This document shows positions 54,828 through 63,309 of a stretch of DNA of 64,000 nucleotides, piece by piece. The notes below the pieces were generated by a model. It was not told the origin of the DNA. It did no database searches and was given only the letters and a program-made list of their open reading frames with translations. The translations under genes were made by a program, and so were the position numbers. The stretch is from Burkholderiales bacterium (GTDB lineage Bacteria > Pseudomonadota > Gammaproteobacteria > Burkholderiales > CAIKXV01), in NCBI GenBank assembly GCA_038205245.1, contig JBBRCD010000006.1, positions 692 to 64,691 of the forward strand. The letters are read 5' to 3'. The first letter of the stretch is position 1. Every line of letters starts with the position of its first letter.

Positions 54828-55619
54828 TCAGTGGATGTTGTAGCCGCCGTCGATGCGGATGTCTTCCCCCTGCAGGAAGGTCGCCGCGGTAGTCGCCAGA
54901 TAGAGGGCGAGATCGGCAATCTCCCAGGGTTCGCCAAAGCGGCCGGCCGGCACATACTGCTCCAGTCGGCGCTTCGCGCCTTCCGGGTCGGCCTCGTTGC
55001 GTGCCAGGATCGGCCCGGTGGCAATCGGGCCGGGGCTGATCGAGTTGACGATGATCCCCTCTCGACCGAGTTCCAGAGCGATCGACTTGGTCAGGTGAAT
55101 CAGCGCCGCCTTGGTCAAGCCGTACACCGCCCGCCGCTCGTAGGTGACGCTGCCAAGCTGGCTGGCGATGAAGATGATCCGGCCCCCGCCCTGGCGCCGC
55201 ATGATCGGCACCACCGCCTGGCTGGCGAAAAACGGCGAGGTCAGGTTGACCGCGACCACCTTGTCATACACGTCGCGCGGGTAGTCCCCGAACTTCAGCG
55301 GGGCGCGGATACCGGCATTGTTGACCAGCACGTCGATGCGCCCGAAGCGGCGGTCGGCCTCGGCGATCATCGCCTCGGCGGCGTCCGGTGCGGCCAGGTC
55401 GAACACCCCATGCTCGATGCGCCCTGCCAGGGGAAACGCCTGGCATGCCTTGACTGCGGTTTCCAGCTGCGCCACCGTCGCCTCGGCGACCAGGAACACC
55501 GAGGCTCCGGCCTCGGCAAACTTCATGGCGATCGCGTTACCGATGCCCTGAGGGGTGGACGCCCCGGTCACCACCGCTACCTTGCCCTGCAGATCTGTCA
55601 CGCCTGCCGCTCCCCCCAT
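54828..55619 (-). CDS. Short-chain dehydrogenase/reductase (FabG-like)
   Basis: KVAVVTGASTPQGIGNAIA cofactor motif, NNAG, and the catalytic Y-x-x-x-K in YGLTKAAL. Confidence 0.88.
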   Translation of the reverse strand: MGGAAGVTDLQGKVAVVTGASTPQGIGNAIAMKFAEAGASVFLVAEATVAQLETAVKACQAFPLAGRIEHGVFDLAAPDAAEAMIAEADRRFGRIDVLVNNAGIRAPLKFGDYPRDVYDKVVAVNLTSPFFASQAVVPIMRRQGGGRIIFIASQLGSVTYERRAVYGLTKAALIHLTKSIALELGREGIIVNSISPGPIATGPILARNEADPEGAKRRLEQYVPAGRFGEPWEIADLALYLATTAATFLQGEDIRIDGGYNIH

Positions 55620-55637
55620 GCCGGTACGTGGTCGCGT

Positions 55638-55697
55638 CTAAAACACCTGACGCTACAACGCCTGACTCTACAACACCTGTCTCTACACCACCCGACC
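55638..55697. repeat. 15-bp tandem repeat x4 between the SDR and racemase genes
   Basis: CTAAAACACCTGACG CTACAACGCCTGACT CTACAACACCTGTCT CTACACCACCCGACC. The last unit overlaps the racemase stop and final codons. Confidence 0.85.
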
Positions 55698-56339
55698 CAG
55701 CGCCAGCGCCACCGCGGCCTGAGTCGGATCGATCACGGTCACCCCGAGGCTGTCTTCCAGCTTCGCGCGGTACGGCGAGAAGCCGGCACAGCCGAGCACG
55801 ATCGCCTGTGCGCCCAGCTCGTCGCGCAGACGCTGACCCACCGACTCGAGGCGGGCCCAGGTGCGCTCGCGATCGGCGAGCTCGGTGACGCCCAGACCGA
55901 CCGCAAGGCCGCCGCAGTAGCGGTGCTCGAAGCCGAGCGCCCGGATCTTGCGCCGGTGGCGCAGCAGCGAGCCATCGACGATCGCGATCGAGGCGAAGCG
56001 CTCGGCGATCGCGGACGCGGTGTTGAAGCCGGATTCGCCGATGCCGAGCACCGGCTGCCGGTAGATCTCGCGCAGGGCAAACAGTCCGGGGTCGGAGAAG
56101 CAGCCGATGATGATCGCCTCGCTCGCCTCGAGGTCGGGGCGGCGGGCCAGCCAGGCCAGCATCAGCCCGGTGCTGGCGTCGACCTGGGCCTGGGTCTCCA
56201 CCCCGGGCGGGCCCTCATGCAGGGTCTCGCACCGGATCTGCGGGCCACCGGGCAGACGCATCGACTCGACCGCCTCGCTCATCTGGTCGGTGACCGACTG
56301 GGTGCTGTTCGGGTTGATGACCAGGATACGTTTTGGCAT
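55683..56339 (-). CDS. Asp/Glu/hydantoin racemase family protein
   Basis: MPKRILVINPNSTQSVTDQM...IIGCFSDPGL...IVLGCAGFS, with two conserved Cys-containing motifs. Confidence 0.82.
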   Translation of the reverse strand: MPKRILVINPNSTQSVTDQMSEAVESMRLPGGPQIRCETLHEGPPGVETQAQVDASTGLMLAWLARRPDLEASEAIIIGCFSDPGLFALREIYRQPVLGIGESGFNTASAIAERFASIAIVDGSLLRHRRKIRALGFEHRYCGGLAVGLGVTELADRERTWARLESVGQRLRDELGAQAIVLGCAGFSPYRAKLEDSLGVTVIDPTQAAVALALGRVV

Positions 56340-56441
56340 GGCGGCGTACAGGGGCGAGCCTGTGTCATTGAGTCGATCCGGCAGAGCGTAACTCGAATCG
56401 ACCGGCCATGCGCATGCGGCCTGGCCTGGCGGGCGCAGCGG

Positions 56442-57719
56442 TCAGCTGCCCAGCAACGCCAGCATGGCGAGGACCGCCGCCGCCATCATGACGGTGGCGG
56501 TCCATCCGAGAACTCGCTGCCCGCGGGGCGCGACGAAGGGTCCGAGCTGTTGCCTGCTGGAGGCAACGATCATCGTCGCAGCCATCAGGGGTACGGCGAT
56601 CACGCCGTTGAGCACGGCGCTCCAGAACAGCGCCTTGATCGGGTCGATCGGCAGGAACAGCATGCCGAGTCCGAGCGCGAACCCCAGCGCGATCACACCG
56701 TAGAATGCCTTCGCGTTGTCCGGTTTCTGTTCCAGTCCGATCCGCCACCCGCGCAGTTCGCCGACGGCATAGGCGGCCGATCCAGCGAGCACCGGAAGGG
56801 CGATCAGGCCGGTGCCGATGATGCCCAGGCTGAACAGGACGAAGGCGAACTCGCCGGCGATCGGCCTCAAGGCTTCCGCTGCCTGTGCCGAGGTCTCGAT
56901 GTCGGTGATGCCGGCCTTGTGCAATGTCATCGCGGTGGTGAGCATGATGAAGAAGGCGATCAGGTTCGAGAACGCCATGCCGACATGGTTGTCCAGGGCG
57001 ATGCGTCCCAGCTCTGCCGGCGCGTCTGCCGGATGTTGGAGCAGTGGCCCCTTGCCGCTGCCAAGTGCGGCGTCCTCGACTTCCTCGGCGCTCTGCCAGA
57101 AAAACAGATACGGGCTGATCGTCGTACCGAACACCGCTACGATGACAGTCAGTGCGCTGGCCGACCAGGCGAACTGCGGCAGCAGCACGCCGCGGGCGAC
57201 CTCGGCCCAGTCGATGCTCACCGAGAACAGCACGCCGACATAGGCGAACAGGGCCAGGGTGAGCCATTTGAGCAGATGTACATACCGGTGATATGGCACG
57301 AACACCTGCAGCACAAGCGACCCCGCGGCAAACACGACCGCGAACAGGACGTCGCCCCAGCCGACCACCAGCCGCGCGGCGGCGCCCATCGCGGCGAGGT
57401 TGGCCCCGATGTTTACCGTGTTCGCCGCGAACAGCAGAAGCACCAGGAGGTTGACCAGCCAGCGGGGCAGCACCTGCGCCATGTTGGCAGCCAGACCCTG
57501 GCCGGTGACCCGCCCGATGCGCGCACAGATCGACTGTATCGCGGTCATCAGCGGGTAGGTCAGTACCACCGTCCAGAGCAGATTGACGCCGAACTGCGCA
57601 CCGGCCTGTGAATAGGTGGCGATGCCGCTCGGGTCGTCGTCCGCCGCTCCGGTGATCAGACCCGGGCCGAGTCGCCTGAACCAGGGAGGCGAGCTTGTCT
57701 CGCCTGACGGCTGGGTCAT
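56442..57719 (-). CDS. NRAMP-family divalent metal cation transporter
   Basis: From the ATG at complement 57717-57719: MTQPSGETSSPPWFRRLGPGLITGAADDDPSGIATYSQAGAQFG, then about 11 TM segments. Confidence 0.88.
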   Translation of the reverse strand: MTQPSGETSSPPWFRRLGPGLITGAADDDPSGIATYSQAGAQFGVNLLWTVVLTYPLMTAIQSICARIGRVTGQGLAANMAQVLPRWLVNLLVLLLFAANTVNIGANLAAMGAAARLVVGWGDVLFAVVFAAGSLVLQVFVPYHRYVHLLKWLTLALFAYVGVLFSVSIDWAEVARGVLLPQFAWSASALTVIVAVFGTTISPYLFFWQSAEEVEDAALGSGKGPLLQHPADAPAELGRIALDNHVGMAFSNLIAFFIMLTTAMTLHKAGITDIETSAQAAEALRPIAGEFAFVLFSLGIIGTGLIALPVLAGSAAYAVGELRGWRIGLEQKPDNAKAFYGVIALGFALGLGMLFLPIDPIKALFWSAVLNGVIAVPLMAATMIVASSRQQLGPFVAPRGQRVLGWTATVMMAAAVLAMLALLGS

Positions 57720-57810
57720 GTCTATGGCGTCCTTTGGACTAACAGTCATGCCGAGTGGCGGCACCCCCGAGGATGAAGGAAATCTGTGTTCCGGAGGGCT
57801 GTGCTCAGCC

Positions 57811-57913
57811 GGGGCCAGGCTCCTTTTCCCAGTGGTCAGGCGGGGCCAGGCTCCTTTTCCCACGCACGCATGCGCCAAGGCGCTTTCCCGCGCGGGAAAA
57901 GGAACCTGGCCCC
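57811..57913. repeat. Two direct copies and one inverted copy of a 20-bp element, plus a nested palindrome
   Basis: GGGGCCAGGCTCCTTTTCCC at 57811-57830 and 57842-57861. Inverted copy GGGAAAAGGAACCTGGCCCC at 57894-57913 (1 mismatch). Palindrome TTTCCCGCGCGGGAAA at 57884-57899 overlaps the inverted copy. Confidence 0.9.
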
Positions 57914-57930
57914 TCGCTCACGCGCAGGCG

Positions 57931-57980
57931 CCATGCCGCCTTCGATCCAGATTCTCCATGCCGCCTTCGTTCCAGATTCT
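57931..57980. repeat. 25-bp tandem duplication
   Basis: CCATGCCGCCTTCGATCCAGATTCT followed by CCATGCCGCCTTCGTTCCAGATTCT. Confidence 0.9.
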
Positions 57981-58234
57981 TCCACGTTAAGGCGGGGACG
58001 GACCCAATGCGGGATCTGTCCCCTGCGTCGGGTGAGTCAAGACTCGACCGCGGGCCCGACCTGCAGCGCCCGACGCTCGACTTCAGGCTAGAGGTCGCCC
58101 GCGTGGCAGTCAATCTTTATCGGCAGTCGACCCTTGTCCGTGCGCGCTGGCAGTTCGTTCGGCGCTGCGTTTGGCGCCCAAGGCGCGCGTGATAAACTTT
58201 CGCTCTTGATGAGCGCCGCTTTCCTACTCCTTCC

Positions 58235-59191
58235 TTGAGCTGGTTTACACCGCCGAACTCGCAGCGCCGTTCGTTGCTGACTGCGCTGCTTACTGCGCCG
58301 CCGGCAGCCGTGGTGTGCGCCATGGGCGGGCGGGCAACGGGCGCGCGCGCCCAGGAGCTCAAGCTCGACGTGCCGTTCGCGCCGACCAACTTCACGTTGA
58401 TCGACACCATGATGCGGGTCGCCAACGTGACTGCAGCCGACTATGTGATCGATCTGGGATCGGGCGACGGGCGCATCAACATCGCCGCGGCGCGCGACTG
58501 GGGCGCGCCTGGAATCGGCTACGAGATCGATCCGGCGCGGGTGCGCGATGCGATCGAACTGGCAAAGGTCGCCGGCGTCTCCGACCGGGTCAGCTTCACG
58601 GTGCAGAACCTGTTCGATTCGGACATTTCCAAGGCGACCGTGGTCGCCCTTTACCTGGGCGCCAAGGTCAATCTGCGGGTACGCCCCAAGCTGCTGGCTG
58701 AACTGCGCCCGGGCACCCGGGTGGTGTCGCATGACTTCGACCTTGGCGAGTGGAAGCCGGACCTGCATATCCGCCTGCGCGACTACGGCAGCAACGTCTA
58801 CTTCTGGTGGGTACCGGCACGGGTCGCCGGGACCTGGGCGCTGAAGCTCGACCGCCCGGGCGCGGCCGCACGCAGCCACGAGATCGTGTTCAAGCAGACC
58901 TTCCAGGATCTGGATGCGACAGTGCGCACCGAAGGCGCGCGTGTCGGCCTGCGCGATATCCGCCTTGCCGGCAACGGACTCACCTTCATCATGATGGAAG
59001 AGGTGAACCGGCAGTTCGCCTTCTATCGTTTTTTCGGCCGTGTCGTGCGCAGCGGCTCGGGCGAAGCCATCGAAGGCTACTACCGCACCGAGAGCGAGGG
59101 CAGCCGCAGCGAGACGCCGTTTCGCATGCAGCGCACCGCGCTGGCCGAGCCTGGGCCTGCGGGTGCCTGGACCTACGTGCGAGGCAGCTGA
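58235..59191 (+). CDS. Exported class I SAM-methyltransferase-like protein, paralog 2
   Basis: SQRRSLLTALLTAPPAAVVCAMGGRATGARAQ is a Tat-like signal. VIDLGSGDGRINIAA...GYEID...QNLFDSD...VVALYL...LRPGTRVVSHDF, and a WWVPARVAGTW hinge. TTG start without a clear SD, so the start is uncertain. Confidence 0.8.
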   Translation: MSWFTPPNSQRRSLLTALLTAPPAAVVCAMGGRATGARAQELKLDVPFAPTNFTLIDTMMRVANVTAADYVIDLGSGDGRINIAAARDWGAPGIGYEIDPARVRDAIELAKVAGVSDRVSFTVQNLFDSDISKATVVALYLGAKVNLRVRPKLLAELRPGTRVVSHDFDLGEWKPDLHIRLRDYGSNVYFWWVPARVAGTWALKLDRPGAAARSHEIVFKQTFQDLDATVRTEGARVGLRDIRLAGNGLTFIMMEEVNRQFAFYRFFGRVVRSGSGEAIEGYYRTESEGSRSETPFRMQRTALAEPGPAGAWTYVRGS

Positions 59192-59193
59192 GC

Positions 59194-60135
59194 GTGAACC
59201 GCGCCCGCCGCCTCGCCCTTCGGATACTCACCCTGCCGGCGGGCGGCTCCGCGCTGTTGGCTGCTGACAGCGGTTCGCTGTGGGCGCAGGCGACCAAGCC
59301 ACTGGAGCGTACTGGCGGACCGTATGTGCCCACGCCCTGGCCGGTGGTCGACCAGATGATCCGCGCTGCCGCGATCGTCGCGTCCGACCTGGTGATGGAT
59401 CTGGGTTCCGGCGACGGCCGGCTGGTGATCGCTGCCGCCCAGCGCCATGGGTCGCGCGGCTTCGGTGTGGATATCGATCCTGAACTGGTGCGGCTGGCCA
59501 ACCAGAATGCCGAGAAGGAAGGCGTGGGCAAGCGGGTGCGGTTCGAACAGCGCGATATCTTCGACACCGATGTGCGCGAGGCGACCGTGCTTACGCTTTA
59601 TTTGTTGCCGGGGATGATGCTGAAGCTGCGGCCCAGGCTGCTGGCCGACCTGCGACCCGGGACGCGCATCGTTGCCCACGATTACCACTTCGGCGAATGG
59701 CGTGCGGACAGCCAGCTCACCTTCGACGTTCCCGAGAAGCTGGCGATCACCGGTGTACCCAATGCGACCGTCTACCACTGGACGGTGCCGGCGCGCATGG
59801 CGGGCCGCTGGCGGGTCAGCGCGCCGGCTGCATCCGGCCTGGATGGCGCATCGCTCGATCTGCGCCAGACGTTTCAGGATTTCGACGGCTCGGTCACTGT
59901 CTCCGGCCAGTCTGCACAGCGCGTCGATGCCACATCGCTGCGCGGGGGCCAGTTCCGTTTCGCCTCGGTCGTCGAGGGGCGCGGCGGCAAGCCGGGCCGC
60001 GCAGTGTTTCGCGGCCAGGTCGACGGTGCAAGGATGGACGGCACGATCGAACTTCCGGCAGGCAGCCCGGTGAAGTTCGGCGCCACGTACCTGGGCGCAG
60101 CCGCTGCCCCGGCCAGCGCAGCGGTTTCGAAGTGA
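59194..60135 (+). CDS. Exported class I SAM-methyltransferase-like protein, paralog 3
   Basis: GTG 2 nt after the paralog 2 stop. NRARRLALRILTLPAGGSALLAADSGSLWAQA. YVPTPWPVVDQMI...VMDLGSGDGRLVIAA...GVDID...RDIFDTD...LTLYLLP...LRPGTRIVAHDY. WTVPARMAGRW. Confidence 0.85.
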   Translation: MNRARRLALRILTLPAGGSALLAADSGSLWAQATKPLERTGGPYVPTPWPVVDQMIRAAAIVASDLVMDLGSGDGRLVIAAAQRHGSRGFGVDIDPELVRLANQNAEKEGVGKRVRFEQRDIFDTDVREATVLTLYLLPGMMLKLRPRLLADLRPGTRIVAHDYHFGEWRADSQLTFDVPEKLAITGVPNATVYHWTVPARMAGRWRVSAPAASGLDGASLDLRQTFQDFDGSVTVSGQSAQRVDATSLRGGQFRFASVVEGRGGKPGRAVFRGQVDGARMDGTIELPAGSPVKFGATYLGAAAAPASAAVSK

Positions 60136-60206
60136 ACGCAGTCTGGCAGCTGGTCGACGGCCGCAAGACGGACAAGTCATGAGGGACATGTGATGAGAGA
60201 CAGGGC

Positions 60207-61154
60207 ATGAATACTCGCGTGCCGCAGCCGTTGCCGCTTTCCGGCCGTGCCCGCAGAGCGGTGTTGATGCGCACGCTCGGTGGGGCGTGCGCCCTGGCGC
60301 TGCCCGGGGTTGCCCGCGCCCAGCAAGGCGTCGGCGATGTGGTCTATGTGCCGACCCCGCAGGTGGTGGTGAACCGGATGATGACGATGGCCCGGGTCGG
60401 CCCGGCCGACTATGTGATCGACCTCGGTTCAGGCGATGGCCGGCAATTGATCACCGCGGTCGCCAGGTTCGGCGCCAAGGGCGGCCAAGGGTTCGATCTG
60501 GACGAGGAACTGCTGCGCCAGGCCACCGCCAATGCAAAGATGAAAGGCGTGTCGGACCGGGTAATCTTCATCCGGCGCAACATGTTCGAGACCGACATCA
60601 GCGCAGCGAGCGTCATCACGCTCTACCTGCTGCCTTCGCTCAACCTCAAGCTGCGGCCGAAGCTGCTGGCCGAACTGCGGCCCGGGTCGCGCATCGTTTC
60701 CCACGACTACAGCATGGGTGACTGGCAGGCTGAGGAGTCGGTGACCATGCAGGTGCCCGAGAAACAGGTCGGCACCCCGGGGGTCAGCTATGTCTATCTG
60801 TGGATCGTGCCGGCCAACGTGTCCGGCAACTGGCAGTGGAAACTGCCCAGTGGCCAGACCGTCGAAGCCAGCGTCCAGCAGACGTTCCAGAATCTCGATG
60901 TGCGCGGCACGGTGGTCGGTGGCAAGCCGATCAATGTCACCTTGACCACGCTTCGTGCCGAGGATGTGCGGATCAGCGCAGTGATCGACATCGGCGGTCG
61001 CACGCTTCGTCATGATTTCGTCGGCCGGGTGCGGGGCGATGCGATCGAGGGCACGGTGCGCCTGTTCGACAAGGTCGAGAGCTCCAGTTCCTGGGCGGCG
61101 GTGCGCACTGGCGGGCGTGCGGCCTCGATCGAACCGGTGGCGGTGACGCGTTGA
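60207..61154 (+). CDS. Exported class I SAM-methyltransferase-like protein, paralog 4
   Basis: GRARRAVLMRTLGGACALALPGVARAQ. YVPTPQVVVNRMM...VIDLGSGDGRQLITA...GFDLD...RNMFETD...ITLYLLP...LRPGSRIVSHDY. WIVPANVSGNW. Confidence 0.87.
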   Translation: MNTRVPQPLPLSGRARRAVLMRTLGGACALALPGVARAQQGVGDVVYVPTPQVVVNRMMTMARVGPADYVIDLGSGDGRQLITAVARFGAKGGQGFDLDEELLRQATANAKMKGVSDRVIFIRRNMFETDISAASVITLYLLPSLNLKLRPKLLAELRPGSRIVSHDYSMGDWQAEESVTMQVPEKQVGTPGVSYVYLWIVPANVSGNWQWKLPSGQTVEASVQQTFQNLDVRGTVVGGKPINVTLTTLRAEDVRISAVIDIGGRTLRHDFVGRVRGDAIEGTVRLFDKVESSSSWAAVRTGGRAASIEPVAVTR

Positions 61155-62074
61155 GCGCTGATCGCAGGCGGCGTCGGCTCGCGGCTGCACTGATCGCGGC
61201 ACCTGCGCTGGCGGTCGCTGGCGCGCGCCCGCTGCGGGCTCAGGACGACAGGCCGTTCTCGCCCTTTGTCACCACGCCTCAGGTGACGGTGCTGCGCATG
61301 CTGTCGATCGCCCAGGTCGGCGCTCAGGACCATGTAATCGATCTGGGCTCGGGCGACGGGCGTATTCCGATCGTGGCGGCGAGCAAGTTCGGCGCCAGCG
61401 GCGGTGGGGTCGACCTGGATGCCATGCTGGTCGAGCTGTCCAATCGAAACGCACGCGAAGCCGGCGTGGCCGACCGGGTGCGCTTCGAGCGTGGCGATGT
61501 GTTCGTGGCCGATGTGCGCAAGGCGACCGTGGTCACCCTGTACCTGCTGCCACCGATCGTGCAGGGGCTGCGCGCCGGTCTGCTGCGCCAGCTGCGGCCC
61601 GGCAGCCGGATCGTCAGTCATGACTTTCCGTTCGAAGGCTGGCAGGCCGACGCGACCGAGACATTCTTCGCGCCCGAGAAGAACAATGGTCGGGGTGGTG
61701 ACAGCACGATCTTCCTCTACATCGTGCCGGCCGCAGTCCATGGCCGCTGGCAGCTGGGCTGGGTTGGCAGCGCGCCCGAGATGGCAGGTATCGGCCAGAT
61801 CGAGCTGCGGCTGCTGCAGACCAACCAGTTTGTCGAGATCGACCTGGCGCTCTCTGGGCAGCAGGCGGGCAGCCAGGTGCTGCAGGCGCGAGACGGCCGG
61901 GTGAGCGGCGATCGCTTGCGCTTCACCGCTGCGCTGCCTGAGCGCGCCGGCGGGCCGCCGGCCAGGCCCTGGCAGTTCGACGCCCGGGTCGACGGCGACA
62001 CCCTGTCCGGGGTGGCGCGCAACGACCGCGGCAGCGAACTGCGCTGGCAGGCGCGCCGCACAGCAGTGCGCTGA
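61151..62074 (+). CDS. Exported class I SAM-methyltransferase-like protein, paralog 5
   Basis: The TTG overlaps the paralog 4 stop (TTGA). SADRRRRRLAAALIAAPALAVAGARPLRAQ. FVTTPQVTVLRML...VIDLGSGDGRIPIVA...GVDLD...GDVFVAD...VTLYLLP...LRPGSRIVSHDF. YIVPAAVHGRW. Confidence 0.85.
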   Translation: MSADRRRRRLAAALIAAPALAVAGARPLRAQDDRPFSPFVTTPQVTVLRMLSIAQVGAQDHVIDLGSGDGRIPIVAASKFGASGGGVDLDAMLVELSNRNAREAGVADRVRFERGDVFVADVRKATVVTLYLLPPIVQGLRAGLLRQLRPGSRIVSHDFPFEGWQADATETFFAPEKNNGRGGDSTIFLYIVPAAVHGRWQLGWVGSAPEMAGIGQIELRLLQTNQFVEIDLALSGQQAGSQVLQARDGRVSGDRLRFTAALPERAGGPPARPWQFDARVDGDTLSGVARNDRGSELRWQARRTAVR

Positions 62075-62177
62075 CAGTTCGTTGAGTCAGATCGGGCCTG
62101 ACTTTCTGCGCGGATACAGGCAAACTGCGCACCGCAAAACGCCCCCAGAACCCAGACCGACAGGAACCTTGACCTAA

Positions 62178-63128
62178 ATGGGAGATGTGAAAAGCTTGTG
62201 CCGCGTTGCCCGCTGCGCTGCGCGGGTCCGCCCGCTCTGGATTCTCTGGCTGTTGGCCGCCCTGACCTTGGGCGCACCGGCCTCGGCACAGGAGCGCTTT
62301 TCGCTCTACGTGCCCAGTCCGCAGAGCGTTGCCGAGGCGATGGCCAAGATCGCCAACGTCGGCAAGAATGATGTGGTGGTCGATCTGGGTTCGGGGGACG
62401 GCCGGATAGTCACCACCGCCGCGCGGCTATATGGCGCGCGGGGCTTCGGCGTCGACATCAATCCGGAGCTGGTCGAACTGGCCAACGCGCTGGCGAAGAA
62501 GTCCGGGGTTGGCGACCGGGTGAGCTTTCGTCACCAGAACGTGTTCGACGCCGATCTGAAGGGCGTGACCGTGGTCAACCTGTATCTGTTTCCGGAACTG
62601 ATGCGCATGCTGCGGCCGAAGTTCCTGAACGAATTGCAACCGGGCGCCCGGATCGTCAGCCATGACTTCAACATGGGCACCTGGGAGCCGGACGAGCAGA
62701 TCACCTTCTTCGCGCCGGACAAGTTCGGTGGCGCTGGCGCGGATGCGCGGATTTTGATGTGGATCGTGCCGGCCAGGATCGACGGTTTCTGGAACTGGTC
62801 GCTGCCGGTGGCTGGCCAGACGATGAACTATGCCGCGCTCCTGGAGCAGCGCTTCCAGGTGGGCGAAGGCATCGTACGCGTGGGCAACCGGCGCGCCACG
62901 TTTTCCGAACTGCGATTGCGCGGCGACCAACTCTCGTTCGGGCTGCGTATGACGCTTGATCCGGGTGTGACCGTGATGCACGAGTTCCGCGGCACGGTGA
63001 AGGGCGACCAGATCGAGGGTGGCGTGCGGGTCACGCCCGAGGGCGGCAAGCCGGTCGATCTGCCATGGCGAGCGGCGCGCAGTGGCAGTACCAGCTACTT
63101 CCAGCCCACCGGGGTCGCGAGCAAGTGA
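62178..63128 (+). CDS. Exported class I SAM-methyltransferase-like protein, paralog 6
   Basis: RVRPLWILWLLAALTLGAPASAQ. YVPSPQSVAEAMA...VVDLGSGDGRIVTTA...GVDIN...QNVFDAD...VNLYLFP...LQPGARIVSHDF. WIVPARIDGFW. Confidence 0.87.
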   Translation: MGDVKSLCRVARCAARVRPLWILWLLAALTLGAPASAQERFSLYVPSPQSVAEAMAKIANVGKNDVVVDLGSGDGRIVTTAARLYGARGFGVDINPELVELANALAKKSGVGDRVSFRHQNVFDADLKGVTVVNLYLFPELMRMLRPKFLNELQPGARIVSHDFNMGTWEPDEQITFFAPDKFGGAGADARILMWIVPARIDGFWNWSLPVAGQTMNYAALLEQRFQVGEGIVRVGNRRATFSELRLRGDQLSFGLRMTLDPGVTVMHEFRGTVKGDQIEGGVRVTPEGGKPVDLPWRAARSGSTSYFQPTGVASK

Positions 63129-63197
63129 CCCGGGGACGGCGCGCGCGCTCGATGCCGGCGCGCCGGTTGCCGGGACAATGGATGCCGGGGGCGGACA

Positions 63198-63257
63198 GTC
63201 GGACATTCAGACATAGATTCAGACATGGCTTCAATCAGAGCTTCAGTCAGAGATTCG
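63198..63257. repeat. 12-bp tandem repeat x5 between paralogs 6 and 7
   Basis: GTCGGACATTCA GACATAGATTCA GACATGGCTTCA ATCAGAGCTTCA GTCAGAGATTCG. Confidence 0.85.
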
Positions 63258-63309
63258 AAGGTCACAAGGCGGCAATTCAGATGCAGGCAGATCCGTGGAG
63301 GAATCAAGG

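Noticed and set aside
54795-57611. 938-aa + strand ORF, the longest non-annotated ORF in the window.
   Set aside because: It runs antisense across three separate well-supported minus-strand genes (SDR, racemase, NRAMP) and their spacers. It has no recognisable motifs and a biased R/G/D/H/Q composition. Judged a GC artefact.
57720-57900. A Mn2+ (yybP-ykoY-type) riboswitch, or a MntR/Fur operator, in the leader of the NRAMP transporter.
   Set aside because: I could not find the conserved riboswitch core sequences or a convincing Fur or MntR palindrome by eye. Only the generic 20-mer repeat element is there. A covariance-model scan (Rfam) would be decisive.
57755-58192. Overlapping 100-145-aa ORFs on both strands in the NRAMP / paralog-2 spacer.
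   Set aside because: They traverse the direct and inverted repeat elements, have no SD or recognisable motifs, and overlap one another in several frames. The region is better explained as non-coding repeats.
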